Shown: positions 14,332-27,700, counted from the whole stretch's first letter. The stretch: DNA of 63,939 nucleotides, filler included, from Conidiobolus incongruus B7586 (GCA_000697335.1; 12 parts of 12 records of this genome joined end to end with filler, not necessarily neighbours in it); one strand, 5' to 3'. Notes: generated by a model not told the origin, from the letters alone. Translations and numbers: made by a program.

Positions 14332-15519
14332 TTAGTTGGATTCATTAGATGAAGAATACACCGGTGGGGGTGGGAGCGGTGATGATCTGTCGTACTGATC
14401 GCCGGGGGAGGGTGGCAGAAGGTTGGGGTCTAAGTGGTAGTCGCCGTTGGAGCGGGAAGACGACTGGGAATTGGATCTGGATATGGGCTCGTCCTTGACA
14501 TAGTCGTAGCGTCTAGCGGGACTCGACGCCTGGTTGCTACTGCGATCCACGATGGGAGATCCCCTTTCGGAGGTGCGCTTGCTGCTCTCGCCAGCGAGTT
14601 CATTCACGATTGGGGGTACAGGGTACTTGCGCTGGGGGACGGATCTCGCACTCATAACTTCGAATTGCTGCCATCTGTAGTTGCGACAACGCTTAGCATT
14701 GGGTAAATCCTGGATCATCTTGGCGATGGTGGGGTGACTGAATCCGAAGTAGTCAGGACCACTTGCCGAGTTGGAGTGCGATCGGTTGCGGATCTCATTC
14801 GCCAGCTTTACCACCGTTGTCCATGCCCCAGTCGCAGTGTTGCCTACGATGGGATCGTCGGGACGGTCTTCCGCCTCGATAACGAATCTGGGACCGTCGC
14901 CACCGTCGGTAATGGTGGCAGTGTAGCACGTCTGGTTGTTGGGATCAATCGTGGAATTGTAGTAGCGCGTTACCTTAAATCCAACTGGCCAGATGTAGCG
15001 ATCGTTGTGGAATGAGGGACGATCATAAACTACTTTGCCGAGGTCCAAAACAGTTAAAATACCAACGGTCACGGGCAAAATATAGTTACCGTCTTCATCC
15101 CTGTCGATAGGCTGAACACGTCGCACCTGGGTGGGATCGCGACGGGATCGCTTGCCAGAAGACTTGGCGGGAGGGGGAGGAGGAGGGGGCGGAAGACGGC
15201 TCGAAGATTTGGAAGGGTGTCTAGGGTAAGTGTTCACATTCCTCGAGTGGTGGTAGCTAGAAATAGTTTCCTCGTCCGACGTATCCGAAGTTTCGCTGGA
15301 GAAGGAAGGTTTTCGCTTCTCTCTCCTACGTTGGAGCGCTCTCTCCAATAGCTTGTTCTCCTGGTCGACGATATTGATCCGACGTTGCAATCTCCTCAAC
15401 TGAGCCATATTTTCGGCGAGGAGAGATTGTGCACATCGCAACTGGTCTTCCATAGCACGAAACTCGGAAGTAGAAATAGTGCCATAACTCGGTTGTTTGT
15501 ATGGTTTTGACTTGGGCAT
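14332..15519 (-). CDS. FYRN/FYRC-domain protein (TBRG1/NIAM-like chromatin regulator), intronless
   Basis: DEDGNYILPVTVG.LTVLDLGKVVYDRPSFH..RYIWPVGF (FYRN) and SASGPDYFGFSHPTIAKMIQDLPNAKRC (FYRC); N-terminal coiled coil; probable start MPKSK at 15519, since the ORF-track extension runs through an AAT repeat. Confidence 0.85.
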   Translation of the reverse strand: MPKSKPYKQPSYGTISTSEFRAMEDQLRCAQSLLAENMAQLRRLQRRINIVDQENKLLERALQRRREKRKPSFSSETSDTSDEETISSYHHSRNVNTYPRHPSKSSSRLPPPPPPPPAKSSGKRSRRDPTQVRRVQPIDRDEDGNYILPVTVGILTVLDLGKVVYDRPSFHNDRYIWPVGFKVTRYYNSTIDPNNQTCYTATITDGGDGPRFVIEAEDRPDDPIVGNTATGAWTTVVKLANEIRNRSHSNSASGPDYFGFSHPTIAKMIQDLPNAKRCRNYRWQQFEVMSARSVPQRKYPVPPIVNELAGESSKRTSERGSPIVDRSSNQASSPARRYDYVKDEPISRSNSQSSSRSNGDYHLDPNLLPPSPGDQYDRSSPLPPPPVYSSSNESN

Positions 15520-15537
15520 AATGTATATATAAATGTT

Positions 15538-15540
<3 letters not shown>

Positions 15541-15570
<30 letters not shown>
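15541..15570. repeat. (AAT)n microsatellite in the 5' leader of the FYR gene
   Basis: About 10 AAT units. Confidence 0.85.
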
Positions 15571-15573
<3 letters not shown>

Positions 15574-16678
15574 TAGCACTGTTAATGAAAAGTTGAAGTT
15601 GATAAATATATTTATATACACCTTCAATCAAAGAAAGCACAAAGGAAGGTTAATTAATAAAAGCAAAAGAATGGTGGAGGAGGTGAGAGGGAGAATGTGG
15701 GAGGAGAATTATGCCAATGATCAACTTCCAAGAATGGACGAAGAGGATTTTGATCAAAAGCACCAATCCAAGACCTTCTTGACGCCTCGCTTTTCTCATA
15801 CGACCTTGATTGAATCATTGGCGAATTTCCTTGATTTCTTCCGCTTCAGCTCAATTTCACCTAAATTGGCCAATCACATGGTGAGATTTTAGGACAAGAT
15901 GATCCAAATGCATTCCAATTTCAATTTCGAGAACAGCTTCAATAGTTGTCAAGTCAAACGGCCGGAAGGAGGGTGACACGGATTAACCGATCCTGATTGG
16001 GAGTTCCAATCTAATTCTTGAAACACAATCAATCAATCTTAAGTAGACTTATCACCATCCAATTGCTATCTTCTCTGATTTGTTCAAGCTTCTGATCTTT
16101 TGTCTGATTGGTTCAATTCTTGAATTTGTAAACATTTTCAACATTATGATAATTAATAATCTAACATTTTATCCTAAATAAATACCAAATGAAATAAGAT
16201 TAATACGTAACAGTCATCATTAATATTGATTAAATTTTTATTTTGACTTTATATTGATATGATTTATTGATCTCAAATCAACTCATTTATTTTTTACAAT
16301 TTGAGTTTAATTTTGAAAAATGTTATGATTAAAAATAATGAATTTAAAATTGTGCATCAATTTTAGACACTACCAAAATTCACTTTAATTTGAATCTAGA
16401 ATTTAATTTTTAAAAGAATAAACTATTCAATATTCAATAATTAAAAATTTTAATTTCAGTATTTTTTTTACTTAAAAAATGAATAATAAATCAAAACGAT
16501 TTAACAAATTCTAATATTTAATTTGATATGTATGAAAAAACAACTGGAATTAAAATTAAATAATGTAGATTTAAAAATAATTTATAGTTAATAACACAAA
16601 CAATATTAAACAAATTGGGAATATTTACTAGTCATTAATTGAAGACATATGAAGACATCTATACTATTAAATTAAGAA

Positions 16679-17311
16679 TTAATGATGACCTCCACTAGTC
16701 AACGGCGTCAATTCGATGGTATCGTCGCTAATAATCAATTCCGAATTCTCCAAATTGTTATCCACTAACGTTGAACTCGTACTCAATTTCCTGTACCTCT
16801 TGCTATTCTGATTCATGGTACTCCTCCGAGCTCCTCCGTTGGCACTTGATCCAGTTATTTCGATAGGTTTCATCTCCCACTTCATACACGCCCATTCGCC
16901 CCCGAGTGTCATAAACGCGAAAGAAAATATGGTCATGAGCCACCACGTTACACTCCAAGGGAAGTAACCTGTATAATACCATACTGCAATCAAGTGGAAT
17001 ACATGGAAAGTGAAGACGAAATCAAAACATAATTTAACCCTCTCAATTACAAATACCAACAATATAATCGACATTATACAAGTTATAAAATAATTCAATA
17101 TTAAATAAATAGCAATATCATTGGATAAATTATAGTTGAAGTGGTTGAATAGGAGATTGAGATTCAAAGGAATATCTTGCATTAGGCCAAGTACCAAATT
17201 GGATATACTGAGGATGACATAAATACCGAATTGAAAGCTGAAAATTTGGAAGATGATTAGCCATGGGTCGAATACTTTAGGTCGGAATTGGTTTTTGGGT
17301 AGTGCTGGCAT
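16679..17311 (-). CDS. SYS1: Golgi integral membrane protein Sys1
   Basis: FRPKVFDPWLIIFQI start, IERVKLCFDFVFTFHVFHL, FPWSVTWW, LGGEWACMKWEMKPI; four hydrophobic segments. Confidence 0.9.
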   Translation of the reverse strand: MPALPKNQFRPKVFDPWLIIFQIFSFQFGIYVILSISNLVLGLMQDIPLNLNLLFNHFNYNLSNDIAIYLILNYFITCIMSIILLVFVIERVKLCFDFVFTFHVFHLIAVWYYTGYFPWSVTWWLMTIFSFAFMTLGGEWACMKWEMKPIEITGSSANGGARRSTMNQNSKRYRKLSTSSTLVDNNLENSELIISDDTIELTPLTSGGHH

Positions 17312-17701
17312 TTTTTAAGTATTTGGTGACTTTGGAATTTTGGAGTGAATTATTCATTTATACCAAGTGATAATTGTTATGGGATTCGTTTGGAGATTAT
17401 TGAAATGAAATTATTAAGATGTAAGAGAATATAAAAGTTATGTTATCCTAACAAGTATATCCATTGTTTTTTAAAAAAATTTGGACAATATTGAAATTAT
17501 TATCAATCAGACCTTAACCTATGTTTATTTTAGAATTGTATACTCTTTATTCAAATGATTAAGTTATATAATTTGATATAGCCAGTTGATTTATTGCATG
17601 GCGTAGGATAATCAAAATATTTTAATCATTTTTTATTAACAATTAAACTTGAATACTATATAACAAATTGATTGAAATTAAACAATAGCCTATAATTATA
17701 G

Positions 17702-18214
17702 TTACTTCTTGCCCTTCATATAATCCTGACCACTATGCTGCTGCATCATCGTATGCATCTTTTCCAATCGGTCCATAACCAACAAAAATGTATGATTCAC
17801 CGAGTTTAATCTTTTTTTAGCTTGAATCAATTTGTCAATGCTTGGTTGAATTAGTGGTGGCGTCACAGAGCTCTCAAAGTCTTTCAGATGGTTCATGAGT
17901 TGATTCAGCATGGCATTCAGTTGGATTTGGCTCGCGTGCACGTTTCCAATACGTTCGTCCAAGTCTGTGACCACTGGTGTTAAAATATCCATTAAATTTA
18001 TGTTGAGATTGGGTGTTGATAATAGGCTGGGATCCTCCTTACCCTGGTTATGACTTCCCAACTTCGTCGCTTCCGAGACTGTTTCGGCATCCGGATTAGC
18101 ACCAACGTCGACTACTGCCGATATAGTGGGAATTTTAGATTCTATATCTTTATCATCACTAGATTTTGACTCTTTATTATTATTTTCATTAGTATTATTA
18201 TTAAGAGTGTTCAT
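17702..18214 (-). CDS. SNAPIN: Snapin/Snn1-like BLOC-1 subunit
   Basis: LTPVVTDLDERIGNVHASQIQL ... KLIQAKKRLNSVNHTFLLVMDRLEKM matches the snapin coiled-coil pattern. Confidence 0.75.
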   Translation of the reverse strand: MNTLNNNTNENNNKESKSSDDKDIESKIPTISAVVDVGANPDAETVSEATKLGSHNQGKEDPSLLSTPNLNINLMDILTPVVTDLDERIGNVHASQIQLNAMLNQLMNHLKDFESSVTPPLIQPSIDKLIQAKKRLNSVNHTFLLVMDRLEKMHTMMQQHSGQDYMKGKK

Positions 18215-18389
18215 TATTTAACATTAATAATTTGTAATAAAATAAATTCACATTCATTCAATTGCCCACATTTAATTTCAGTCTACTCCATTCAGAGACT
18301 AGTGGGATAAACAATTTTGAATTGAATTGTCAGTTTATTAAAAAATGTAATGAAAATTGTTAATGTGAATAAAAATATGGGGAAATAAA

Positions 18390-19319
18390 TTAGAGTTCAC
18401 CCTTAGCATCCACTTCGTTCGTGGAACTACCGTGGAGCGTACCAGATTCCACATGACTACTCTCGTTATTTGTGGGCTTGTCGCTGGTTCTGGGATAACT
18501 GCGGATGCCTCGAGTCGATCCGAGTTCACGTTCCTTGAATGCGCGGCGCAATTGGCTCACCGTCAAACTGCTAGCTACTACCCAACTTACATTGAAGAGC
18601 ACCATGGAATTGTCCCCAAGAGTTTGGAAGATGGCTAATAGGAGCATTGTTACACTGGTGAGAGTGGTCAAGACTGAGTAAATGGCACCGTCTTGCATCA
18701 ATGTAACATAGAAGGGTTTTTTAATGAATTTCCATTGGCGATACATTCCAACCAAGAATACGATAGAGAGGTAACCGTTGACGGCAATTTCCGAACCGAC
18801 TACCAATGCCCCGTAGAAAGGAGTAATTTCAGCACCGCAATTGTACAATGGGGTAACAGTTGTTGAAGTCTTGACAATATTGAAGACACCTACAACCACT
18901 CTGAACGTCTCTAAAATTACACCAACAAACCACACGATCTTATTATTGTTGCTGACTACACGGGACTTCAGTAGCAGAATTAATTCGATACATGTGGTGG
19001 AAATTAAATTGCCCACCGCCGAGAAATATATGCGGAATTCGCAGTGTTGGTTGAAGGTGAAAAAGAAACTAATAATGAGGAGATTCACTAAGAGCCCAAG
19101 GAAGGATTGGACAAAGTTGAGCAGGTAGAAAGGTTTAGGGGCTTTTCGCAACAGATTCAACGAGTGATAAGTGTTTCCCAAGAACATTGTAGTAGACATT
19201 GCATTGATGGACATGGTCAGATTGGACTCGTAAAGGAGTGCCAGGGTGGTAGTGAATACTGAAGGCACTGCACTTTGAGAGTTTATATCAGTAGGAGTAG
19301 TAGTGGTAGAATCACTCAT
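18390..19319 (-). CDS. Putative seven-transmembrane (GPCR-like) membrane protein
   Basis: 309-aa intronless ORF with about 7 hydrophobic helices, a Thr/Ser-rich N-tail, two loop cysteines and a polar C-tail. Confidence 0.65.
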   Translation of the reverse strand: MSDSTTTTPTDINSQSAVPSVFTTTLALLYESNLTMSINAMSTTMFLGNTYHSLNLLRKAPKPFYLLNFVQSFLGLLVNLLIISFFFTFNQHCEFRIYFSAVGNLISTTCIELILLLKSRVVSNNNKIVWFVGVILETFRVVVGVFNIVKTSTTVTPLYNCGAEITPFYGALVVGSEIAVNGYLSIVFLVGMYRQWKFIKKPFYVTLMQDGAIYSVLTTLTSVTMLLLAIFQTLGDNSMVLFNVSWVVASSLTVSQLRRAFKERELGSTRGIRSYPRTSDKPTNNESSHVESGTLHGSSTNEVDAKGEL

Positions 19320-21124
19320 AATGCTTTCTAATCAGTACAGATAAGTTTTAATAGAATAATGGGGCTATTGAAATACAATAACAAATAACAATATCAAATA
19401 TTAATCAAATCTTGAGAACAGATTTAAAATAGCATTCACCAATAATCTCCACTATATTTAAATACCTTGTGGTTTAACTCGAGTCAAACCGAAAAAAATA
19501 AACCATTCAATTTTCCTAAATTGGCAATTGATAATAAAAATTCCCCTGTAACAAAAGTCAATGTTTTCCAGACCCCTGGTCCAATCTAAATAATTTCCTT
19601 AAACAATAATTTGATTCGGCGATTATTCGATTAAACTCGAATGTTTTACGATCTGCTCTACCTTCTGCAGCAACCATATCATCCCTTGCGATCCCGTCTT
19701 AACACTCATTGTAAATTCTTTGCCAAAGAGTTAAACTTAGGTAATAATAAAATTTGATAATGTTTTTAATAATAAGTTAATAAATTACAGACTAATTTAA
19801 TTACTAAACCTAATTATATTTTATCAAATAATCAGGATGATACTTGATTATTTAATTTAAAAGTGTATAAATTACTCATCCTAGTGTTTTAATCGCTATT
19901 TGTAACACTTTTATGAATATAAAAGAGAATCGAGCTTGTATAAATAATATTCGCAATAAATTTGATTCAATGATAAAGTTAATACTAAGGATCTAATATA
20001 CGATATGAAATATGGAAAATATATTTTATAAAATATTATCAAGATAATATTGATAAATAATGTTAAGAATTAGATATTATATTTAATATTCAAAATTACA
20101 CTTGTAATTTGAGATAAATACTAGCTCAAAAATTAAACTTGATTGATCTATTAAGGTATGTGTACAATAAATAATATTTAACACTGATTATTATATTTGA
20201 TAGAATTTGATCATTTTAATAATTGATTGAATGAAATGATTGAGATTTATTTTGCATCAAAATTCGTCAATATTTTTCAAATAGTTGAGGTATTCAATAA
20301 TCAAGTAAAGGAATTATATGTTTCTCACAAGTTTGTAATTCTATGCAGGCTATTAAAATTAATAAATATTGATCACTTACTTGATTTTTTTAAAACACTC
20401 CTGCCGATCGTTAGATTATTTGTGATTTTTAATCGATTTTTTAATGATTTAATACATATATATATATATATACATTATATAATATGCATTGATTTGAATC
20501 TATATTTAGATTAATTAGTATTCTATAACTCTTTTTGAAGAAATTAATAAATGATTAATTGAAAAATTTTATATAACGATTATTATATATTAATTTTAGA
20601 GTGATAAAATTAAGATGAAATATAATAAAGAGGTTGGAGGAGATTAACCAGATTAAAAATAGATTTTAATATAAATAATAGATTCAAATCGGTAATATTT
20701 ATAAACTAACTTTTGTTTTACTATTACTTTAATTAGCATTCGTTAGAGTGTTCAAATATTGAATACTATACTATGAGTTTGGTTGATTATGCCGGATATT
20801 GTTTAATTCAAATATTGAAATTAAGTAATATAATGTATACTTTTTTATAATATTAAAGAATTGATGAAATAAGTTATTGAATTATATTATACTATTTAAA
20901 TAACTTAAATTGTATTTTTATGAATAAATGATAAACAAATTTAAATTTTTATTTAGAAGATTGAATTCATTATATTAAATTCAAGAAAGATATTTCAATC
21001 ATGTACTAGAATAAATTAGCTTGATCTAAATTAATTGTATTAGCTTTTGCATATTATATTATTAGCTAGATACTGGATTCAATGACTTTATAAAATATTA
21101 TTTTGGGTTTGTGAATAGATGCCT

Positions 21125-21291
21125 TTGGAATTTGAGCCATCCTGAGCAGACGAGATCAATTTGGGTCCTCCCAGTTATCTATCTGCCTTAAACCAATAAA
21201 CTTCCTCTCTCCCTAACAGTTACCCGAAATTCTCCAGATCACTCTCCCTTGTGTTTATAGTTAGTCAATAGATGTTTGAGAAAAAGTGTTA
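21125..21291 (+). mobile_element. 3' fragment of the ~330-bp solo-LTR family (see 38725 and 53332)
   Basis: Shares GGTCCTCCCAG..TAT..GCCTTAAACCAATAAAC..CCCTAAC..CCAGATC and the terminal GTGTTA with the two full copies. Confidence 0.75.
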
Positions 21292-22872
21292 CATTAACGT
21301 ATATAATTAGATCACTAATATGATATGTTTATTATTTCAAATTCAATTTTATAATTGAGGTTCTATAGGTTAACTTGATTTAATATTTAATTACCTTGTT
21401 TTATATAAAAAAACCATTCAAAATAATTTATTAAAAATTTTAAAATGAATTGTATTGAAATTAAAATAATATATAAATTATAGAATTGTATTAATGGCTT
21501 TTGATAGTGATATAAACTAAGAAAATATTTATAATACTATCAATTTGGAGTTTTTGTATTAATTTTTTAATTGTAACAATATATAAAAATGTTACAATGG
21601 ATTTGTATTGAGCCAAGAATGAAATAAAGGACCTATAATATAATTAATTAAATGATTCAAAATTCTGGATTATATTTTATATTCTTAATATCATTCAATC
21701 AATAAAGAGCGTAATAGATATTATACAAATGTCAACTACCTCTAAGATCCGCCAATGAGGAGCTGGAGAATTCACCACGAGATCATCACATTGATGTATA
21801 AGGATTCCCCAACTCATTAGTAGGCACACGCGCATTATCCAACGATTACCTCCCGTAGTTAACCAAGTTTCTCCCCAGCTAACCATCACACATAAAAGGG
21901 CAAATTCTAGTCCAAATACTGATTTCTTTGAAGATTCTACAAAGGGAACTTTCTTGAACATTACAGGAGGGAAAAGAAAATGTAACATTACCATTATATT
22001 ATTCAATTAACCTAAATAGATTGCTATAACTTTGAGGAAACTATTTTATTAGTTTTTGAATCTTTTTTAAGGGAATGACCAGAATAGCTGGATGAGCTAT
22101 TCTGATGTGTTCTATTTTATTTTCTAGTCCTATAGTAATTGTTTGATTTATCTTGAGTTGTTTGGGGATCTTTAGATGTTCCTAATATAACCCTGTTTTA
22201 GGTATTGTCACGCTCACTCTTGACAACAAACTCCTTGGTTTTAATTTGTCAATCATTGTTTAAAATCTTAAATACCATTTAATAGTTACTATAATTTTAC
22301 TTTCACAATTTAAATAAAAATTTATCCATTCTTCATCATTACCAAAAATATTGAATTTTCCAAATTTAGAAATTTGTGAAAAATATTATTAATAAAATTG
22401 GTTATAATTTTTATTATTGGTAATAAATTCTGCACTTTTTTGGACTCAGTATGAACTGATTGATAGCAAAAATATAACAATTTATAACCGATTTAAACAA
22501 TTTGCAAAAATTTGGTATTAATTAATTTTTAATATAGGTTTTATATTAAAATTAATTAATATATTGTATATTGAATTGATATTTGCAAAGTAACAATATA
22601 TATTCAGAATATTTGTTAAAATAGCAATTGTTAAAAATTCAATCAAATTAAACAAAATTTGATATGGTTAACTATGTACAAATTGTGATATACTAATATT
22701 TTAAAATTCAAAAATTCTCATTTGAATCCTAAATTTAATTTCTAAAAAATTGGACGAATTGCCACTTTGCTACAAGGGATTAAATTAGGTATTAGAATGT
22801 AACAAACTTTGTGAATAAAATGATGTTGATTCTTAACAATCAATTAGAAGTAATATTTTTTTGAATCAAAAA

Positions 22873-23847
22873 ATGATAATGAACCTTGAAATTTATAGAA
22901 ACAGACCCAAATATTACAAGCCTTTAGCAATCATATTTTTAGTATTTGGTTTGATAGGTATTCCGATTACTTCCATGTTGCTCATAAGTTCATTAAAATT
23001 GTTTAAAAAGAAGTCCACTCCAAATTTAAAAATCAGTTTGGGTATTTTAATAATGGATTTTATTACCACTTGCACTTTCTTGGTAATGGGGTTGACTGCT
23101 TTTATCAATGGTAAGTATATTGCTAAGGCAAGGTGGATGTGCTCAACCAATGATATATTTTATATTGGTAGTACATATATTTCCGCGTGGTTTGTGGGCT
23201 TGTTGAATTTGGAGCGTGCAGCTGTCATCGTGCATAAGAGATCACTTTCCAGCAGATTTTGGGTCGGATTCATGATTTTTGAAATTTTATACTTTTACTC
23301 TCCGAATCTGGTATCGGTTGGTTTAAATGAAATTGGATTAGCAGACTTAGCTATATACTGCATGTCTACTCCCGTAGATAAGGTAGGATACTTTACAATT
23401 TGTTGGTATGGATGCATTATGGTATTTAGTTTGAGTATTGCCATCTATTCCTATTTGAGTATTGCAGTTGTCAAAAGTCGAATAGCTCGCAGTGATATTA
23501 AAGATTTATATCCAGGGAAGTCGGAAGTCATGACTCATTTCAAAAGAGCAATATGGAGAGATATCTTGTTTTTAGCACTCTATTTAGCTGGTAATGGTCT
23601 CGAATGCTTCAATACGTGGGGTGAAATGATAACTAATGAAACTCGTACCGTTAAAATGGATTTTATATCGACGTGTCTGATGAATTGTAACCCAATCATT
23701 AATAGTATTCTATTTATTGAACTTGAAGCGCCTGTGAAAAGAGCCCTATTAGAAATGTTCCCATTTTTGGTCAAAGTTATAGGCAATATACCTAAGAACA
23801 GTATTGAAACTGATGAAGAAAATATATATTCGAATATTTCGATATAA
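22873..23847 (+). CDS. Class A (rhodopsin-like) 7TM G-protein-coupled receptor-like protein
   Basis: Seven hydrophobic helices, Cys at top of TM3 (WMC), LNLER (DRY-like), loop Cys (IYC), NPIIN (NPxxY-like); first ATG 22873. Confidence 0.75.
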   Translation: MIMNLEIYRNRPKYYKPLAIIFLVFGLIGIPITSMLLISSLKLFKKKSTPNLKISLGILIMDFITTCTFLVMGLTAFINGKYIAKARWMCSTNDIFYIGSTYISAWFVGLLNLERAAVIVHKRSLSSRFWVGFMIFEILYFYSPNLVSVGLNEIGLADLAIYCMSTPVDKVGYFTICWYGCIMVFSLSIAIYSYLSIAVVKSRIARSDIKDLYPGKSEVMTHFKRAIWRDILFLALYLAGNGLECFNTWGEMITNETRTVKMDFISTCLMNCNPIINSILFIELEAPVKRALLEMFPFLVKVIGNIPKNSIETDEENIYSNISI

Positions 23848-24705
23848 CATCTCGTTATAAAATTTAAAAATACATAAAGTTTGTCAGGTTGAAAGTCAAC
23901 AAGTACTATATGCCAATAAATAATAGATTTAAATCTAATATTTGTAATAAATTAATATCTGAATACAATTATAATTATTCTAAATAATTTTTAAATTTAC
24001 TTTTATAACTAATAGTATTCAAAACTTTAAATCAATATAATATTCAATGTTATTATTTATCTATGACTTGAATTTATATTTCAAATTATCTTGATAGCAT
24101 CTTATCATTGTCCAATTTTGTAACTTTATAATATCTATTAATACTTAATTCAAATATAAAATTTAGTTCCAACCGTTAATTTCAAATATAAATTTTTGAA
24201 TCAAAAGTTCTATATTTTTTCTATATTTACTAATATTAATTTTTTAATATGATTTCAATATTATATAAAAAAATAATAGTTTGACTAATGCTTAATTAAC
24301 TAAAAACACATTGAAAAGTATGATTAATTTGGAAAATAGAAAATTTAATGACCTGAATGTTAATTGTTAGAATAGATAAATATATATATATATATATTAT
24401 GTTCAATTATTGTGAAAAACATAATAAGATTTATTTAATTTTATATAAGTTCATTGATGTTCATAGGTTTATATATTATATACATATTCAAACTAATTAC
24501 AAGAATCAATTTGAAATTTTAATTGATAAATTCCAAACCAAAATCAAAAGTCAAATTTAGTAATTTAAATATTAATTAAATATATAACAATTGTATCTTT
24601 GAAAAATATTTAAGAATTTTGGATTAATTTATTTGGTTTAAAGTTTAATTTTTATGTCAATAATATTTTAGTTTTTTGGGGAAAGACATTGCATTACATG
24701 GATAT

Positions 24706-27700
24706 TTAGAGTTTAGCACCATCGGCAGCTGAAACTTGAGCGATGGTATCGGTGGTCTTGGGGATAATACCACCAGAGATGGGTAGGAGGGTGTTGCCCA
24801 TGAGGTATTGATCAACTTCGCGAGCTCCTTGGCGACCTTCTTCGATACCCCAGACGACGAGAGATTGTCCACGGCGACAGTCACCGACAGCGAAGACCTT
24901 GTCGACGTTAGTCTTGTAAGAGCCTTGGGGTGTAGCAATGGTGTTAGTCTTGCTCAAGCCAATGCCGGTGCCATCGAGGATTTCCTTTTCGGGTCCCAAG
25001 AAACCCATGGAGAGGAAGATGAGTTCAGCCTTGAAGAATTCTTCAGAGCCGGGAACTTCGCTCATCACCCATCTACCGTCAACTTGTTCCCAGTTGACAC
25101 GGACAGTGTTGACACCCTTTACATTACCATTACCATCGTCAACGAATTCCTTGGTGAGAATACAATATTCACGAGGATCGCGGGCGTGGTGAGCTTGGAC
25201 TTCAGCATGACCATAGTCAACCTTGAAGACTTTGGGGTAAGTGGGCCAGGGATTGGAAGGACCACGAGTGGCGGGAGGGTGAGGCAACAATTCAAAATTG
25301 GTAACGGTAGCAGCTCCGTGACGAATGGAAGTACCAATACAGTCACAACCAGTATCACCACCACCAATGACGAGGACGTTCTTGCCCTTAGGATCGATGT
25401 AGCTTCTGTCTCTGAAGCCAGAGTCTAACAGGCTTTGGGTGTTCTTTTGTAAGTACTCCATGGCAAAGTGAATACCGTTCAATTGACGACCAGGAGCATT
25501 GAGATCACGAGGCCAAGTAGAACCAGTAGCTAAGAGGACGGCATCATTGGAGTTCTTGAGATCTTCAATGGTGATGTCCTTACCGATGAAAGTGTTCAAG
25601 ACGAATTCAACACCTTCAGCTTTCATGAGATCAAGACGACGTTGAACGACAGCCTTGTCAAGCTTCATATTTGGAATACCATACATCAGAAGACCACCAG
25701 CACGGTCGTTACGATCGTAGACGGTGACAGTGTGACCAGCTTTGTTAAGTTGATCAGCAGCAGCTAAACCAGCGGGACCAGAACCGACAATAGCAACACG
25801 CTTGCCAGTGCGAGATTGAGGAGGTTTAGGGACGATCCAACCTTCCTTGAAACCTCTGTCGATGATAGCAGCTTCAATACTCTTGATAGAGACGGGAGGT
25901 TCATTGATACCTAAGACACAAGCACCTTCACAAGGAGCAGGACAGACACGACCAGTGAATTCAGGGAAGTTGTTGGTCATTTGAAGGCGTTCAAGAGCAT
26001 CCTTCCACTGTCCCTTGTGGACGAGATCGTTCCACTTGGGAATGATGTTACCAATGGGACAACCGTTATTGGATTGACAGAATGGAATACCACAATCCAT
26101 ACAACGAGCAGCTTGGACCTTGAGTTCAGCAGGAGTCAAACGGTTGTTAATTTCCTTCCAGTCCTTGGTACGATCTTTGGCATCACGGTAGTGATCAGTC
26201 TTACGTTGGTACTTGACAAAACCACGAACCTTATCGACGACCTTGTGGCGTTTTTCAAGGGCATCAATAGGAGCATCTTCAATATCTTGGATGCCAGAGT
26301 CGCTGACTTTGTGCTTAACGGGTTCAGGAGGAGGAGTGATAACACGCTTTTCAGCAGCCTTTTGGGCTTCCAGAACCTTGCGGTATTCTCTGGGCATGAC
26401 CTTGACGAATTGAGGCAAGTAGTGGTTGAAGTCGTCGAGGATGCGCTTACCTAAGGGAGATCCAGTGTACTTGACATGTTCTTGGATCAAACCCTTAACG
26501 AATTCGATTTCTTCGTCTTCGTTGATGGTTTCCAAGTCGACCATCTCAGGGTTGACTTGATTAGAGAATTCCTTTTCATTCCAGAGAACGTAGGCAATGC
26601 CACCACTCATACCGGCAGCGAAGTTACGACCAGTAGTACCCAAAATGACGACACGACCACCAGTCATGTATTCACAACCGTGATCACCAACACCTTCAAC
26701 AACGGCGTGAGCACCAGAGTTTCTCACAGCGAAACGTTCGGCAGCGATACCACTCAAGAATAATTTACCGCTGGATGCACCATATAAGCATACATTACCA
26801 GCAATGACGTTCTTTTCGGGTTGGAAAGTAGACTTGTTGTGGGGATAGACAGCGATTGTACCACCAGATAAACCTTTACCTACGTAGTCGTTGGCATCAC
26901 CTTCAAGTTCGAGGAAGACGCCCTTAACCAAGAAAGCACCGAAGGATTGACCAGCAGAACCAACTAATTTGATGTTAATGGTACCTTCAGGGAGACCTTG
27001 TTCACCATACTTTCTGGAGATGTGGTAACTAAGGGTGGAACCCAAAGTACGATCGGTGTTGACAATGGTACCTCGAAGATTGGTGGGAACAAGTTTTTCA
27101 AGAGCTTGTTCAGCATCGGATAAGAATTTGTTGTCCATACGCATGTGGAGCTTATGATCTTGCTTGAGGACACAGTAAGTGGCAACATTGCGTCTTAAAG
27201 TGAAGGCAGGAGTCAAGATAGGAGTGAGGTCAAGGTTGAGAGCCTTGGTATGATCCTTAGGAATAGCTTGCTTGAGGAAATCAGATCTACCAACCATTTC
27301 GTTGATGGTACGGAAACCTAATTGAGCCATCAAGCTACGAGCTTCTTCAGCAATGTAATAGAAGAAGTTGATAACATGTTCAGGTTGACCAACGAACTTG
27401 GCACGGAGTTCAGGATCTTGGGTAGCAATACCAACGGGACAAGTGTTCAAGTGACACTTTCTCATCATGATACAACCCAAGGCAATAAGAGGAGTAGTAG
27501 CGAAACCCCATTCTTCAGCACCTAAGAGACAGGAAATAACAACATCACGACCAGTCTTGATTTGACCGTCGGTTTGGACAATGACACGACCACGTAAGTC
27601 GTTGAGAACTAAGGTTTGATGGGTTTCTGCAAGACCTAATTCCCAAGGCAAACCAGCATACTTAATACCTGTCCATCTGGAAGCACCAGTACCACCATCG

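Noticed and set aside
15520..15892. N-terminal poly-Leu extension of the FYR ORF and the opposite 119-aa poly-Asn ORF
   Set aside because: Both arise from reading through the (AAT)n microsatellite and promoter; no recognisable domain
21695..22230. 103-aa ORF, GC-elevated patch and small TTGTCA...TGACAA hairpin
   Set aside because: Probably an old element remnant, but no termini with TSD, second copy or protein motif could be established
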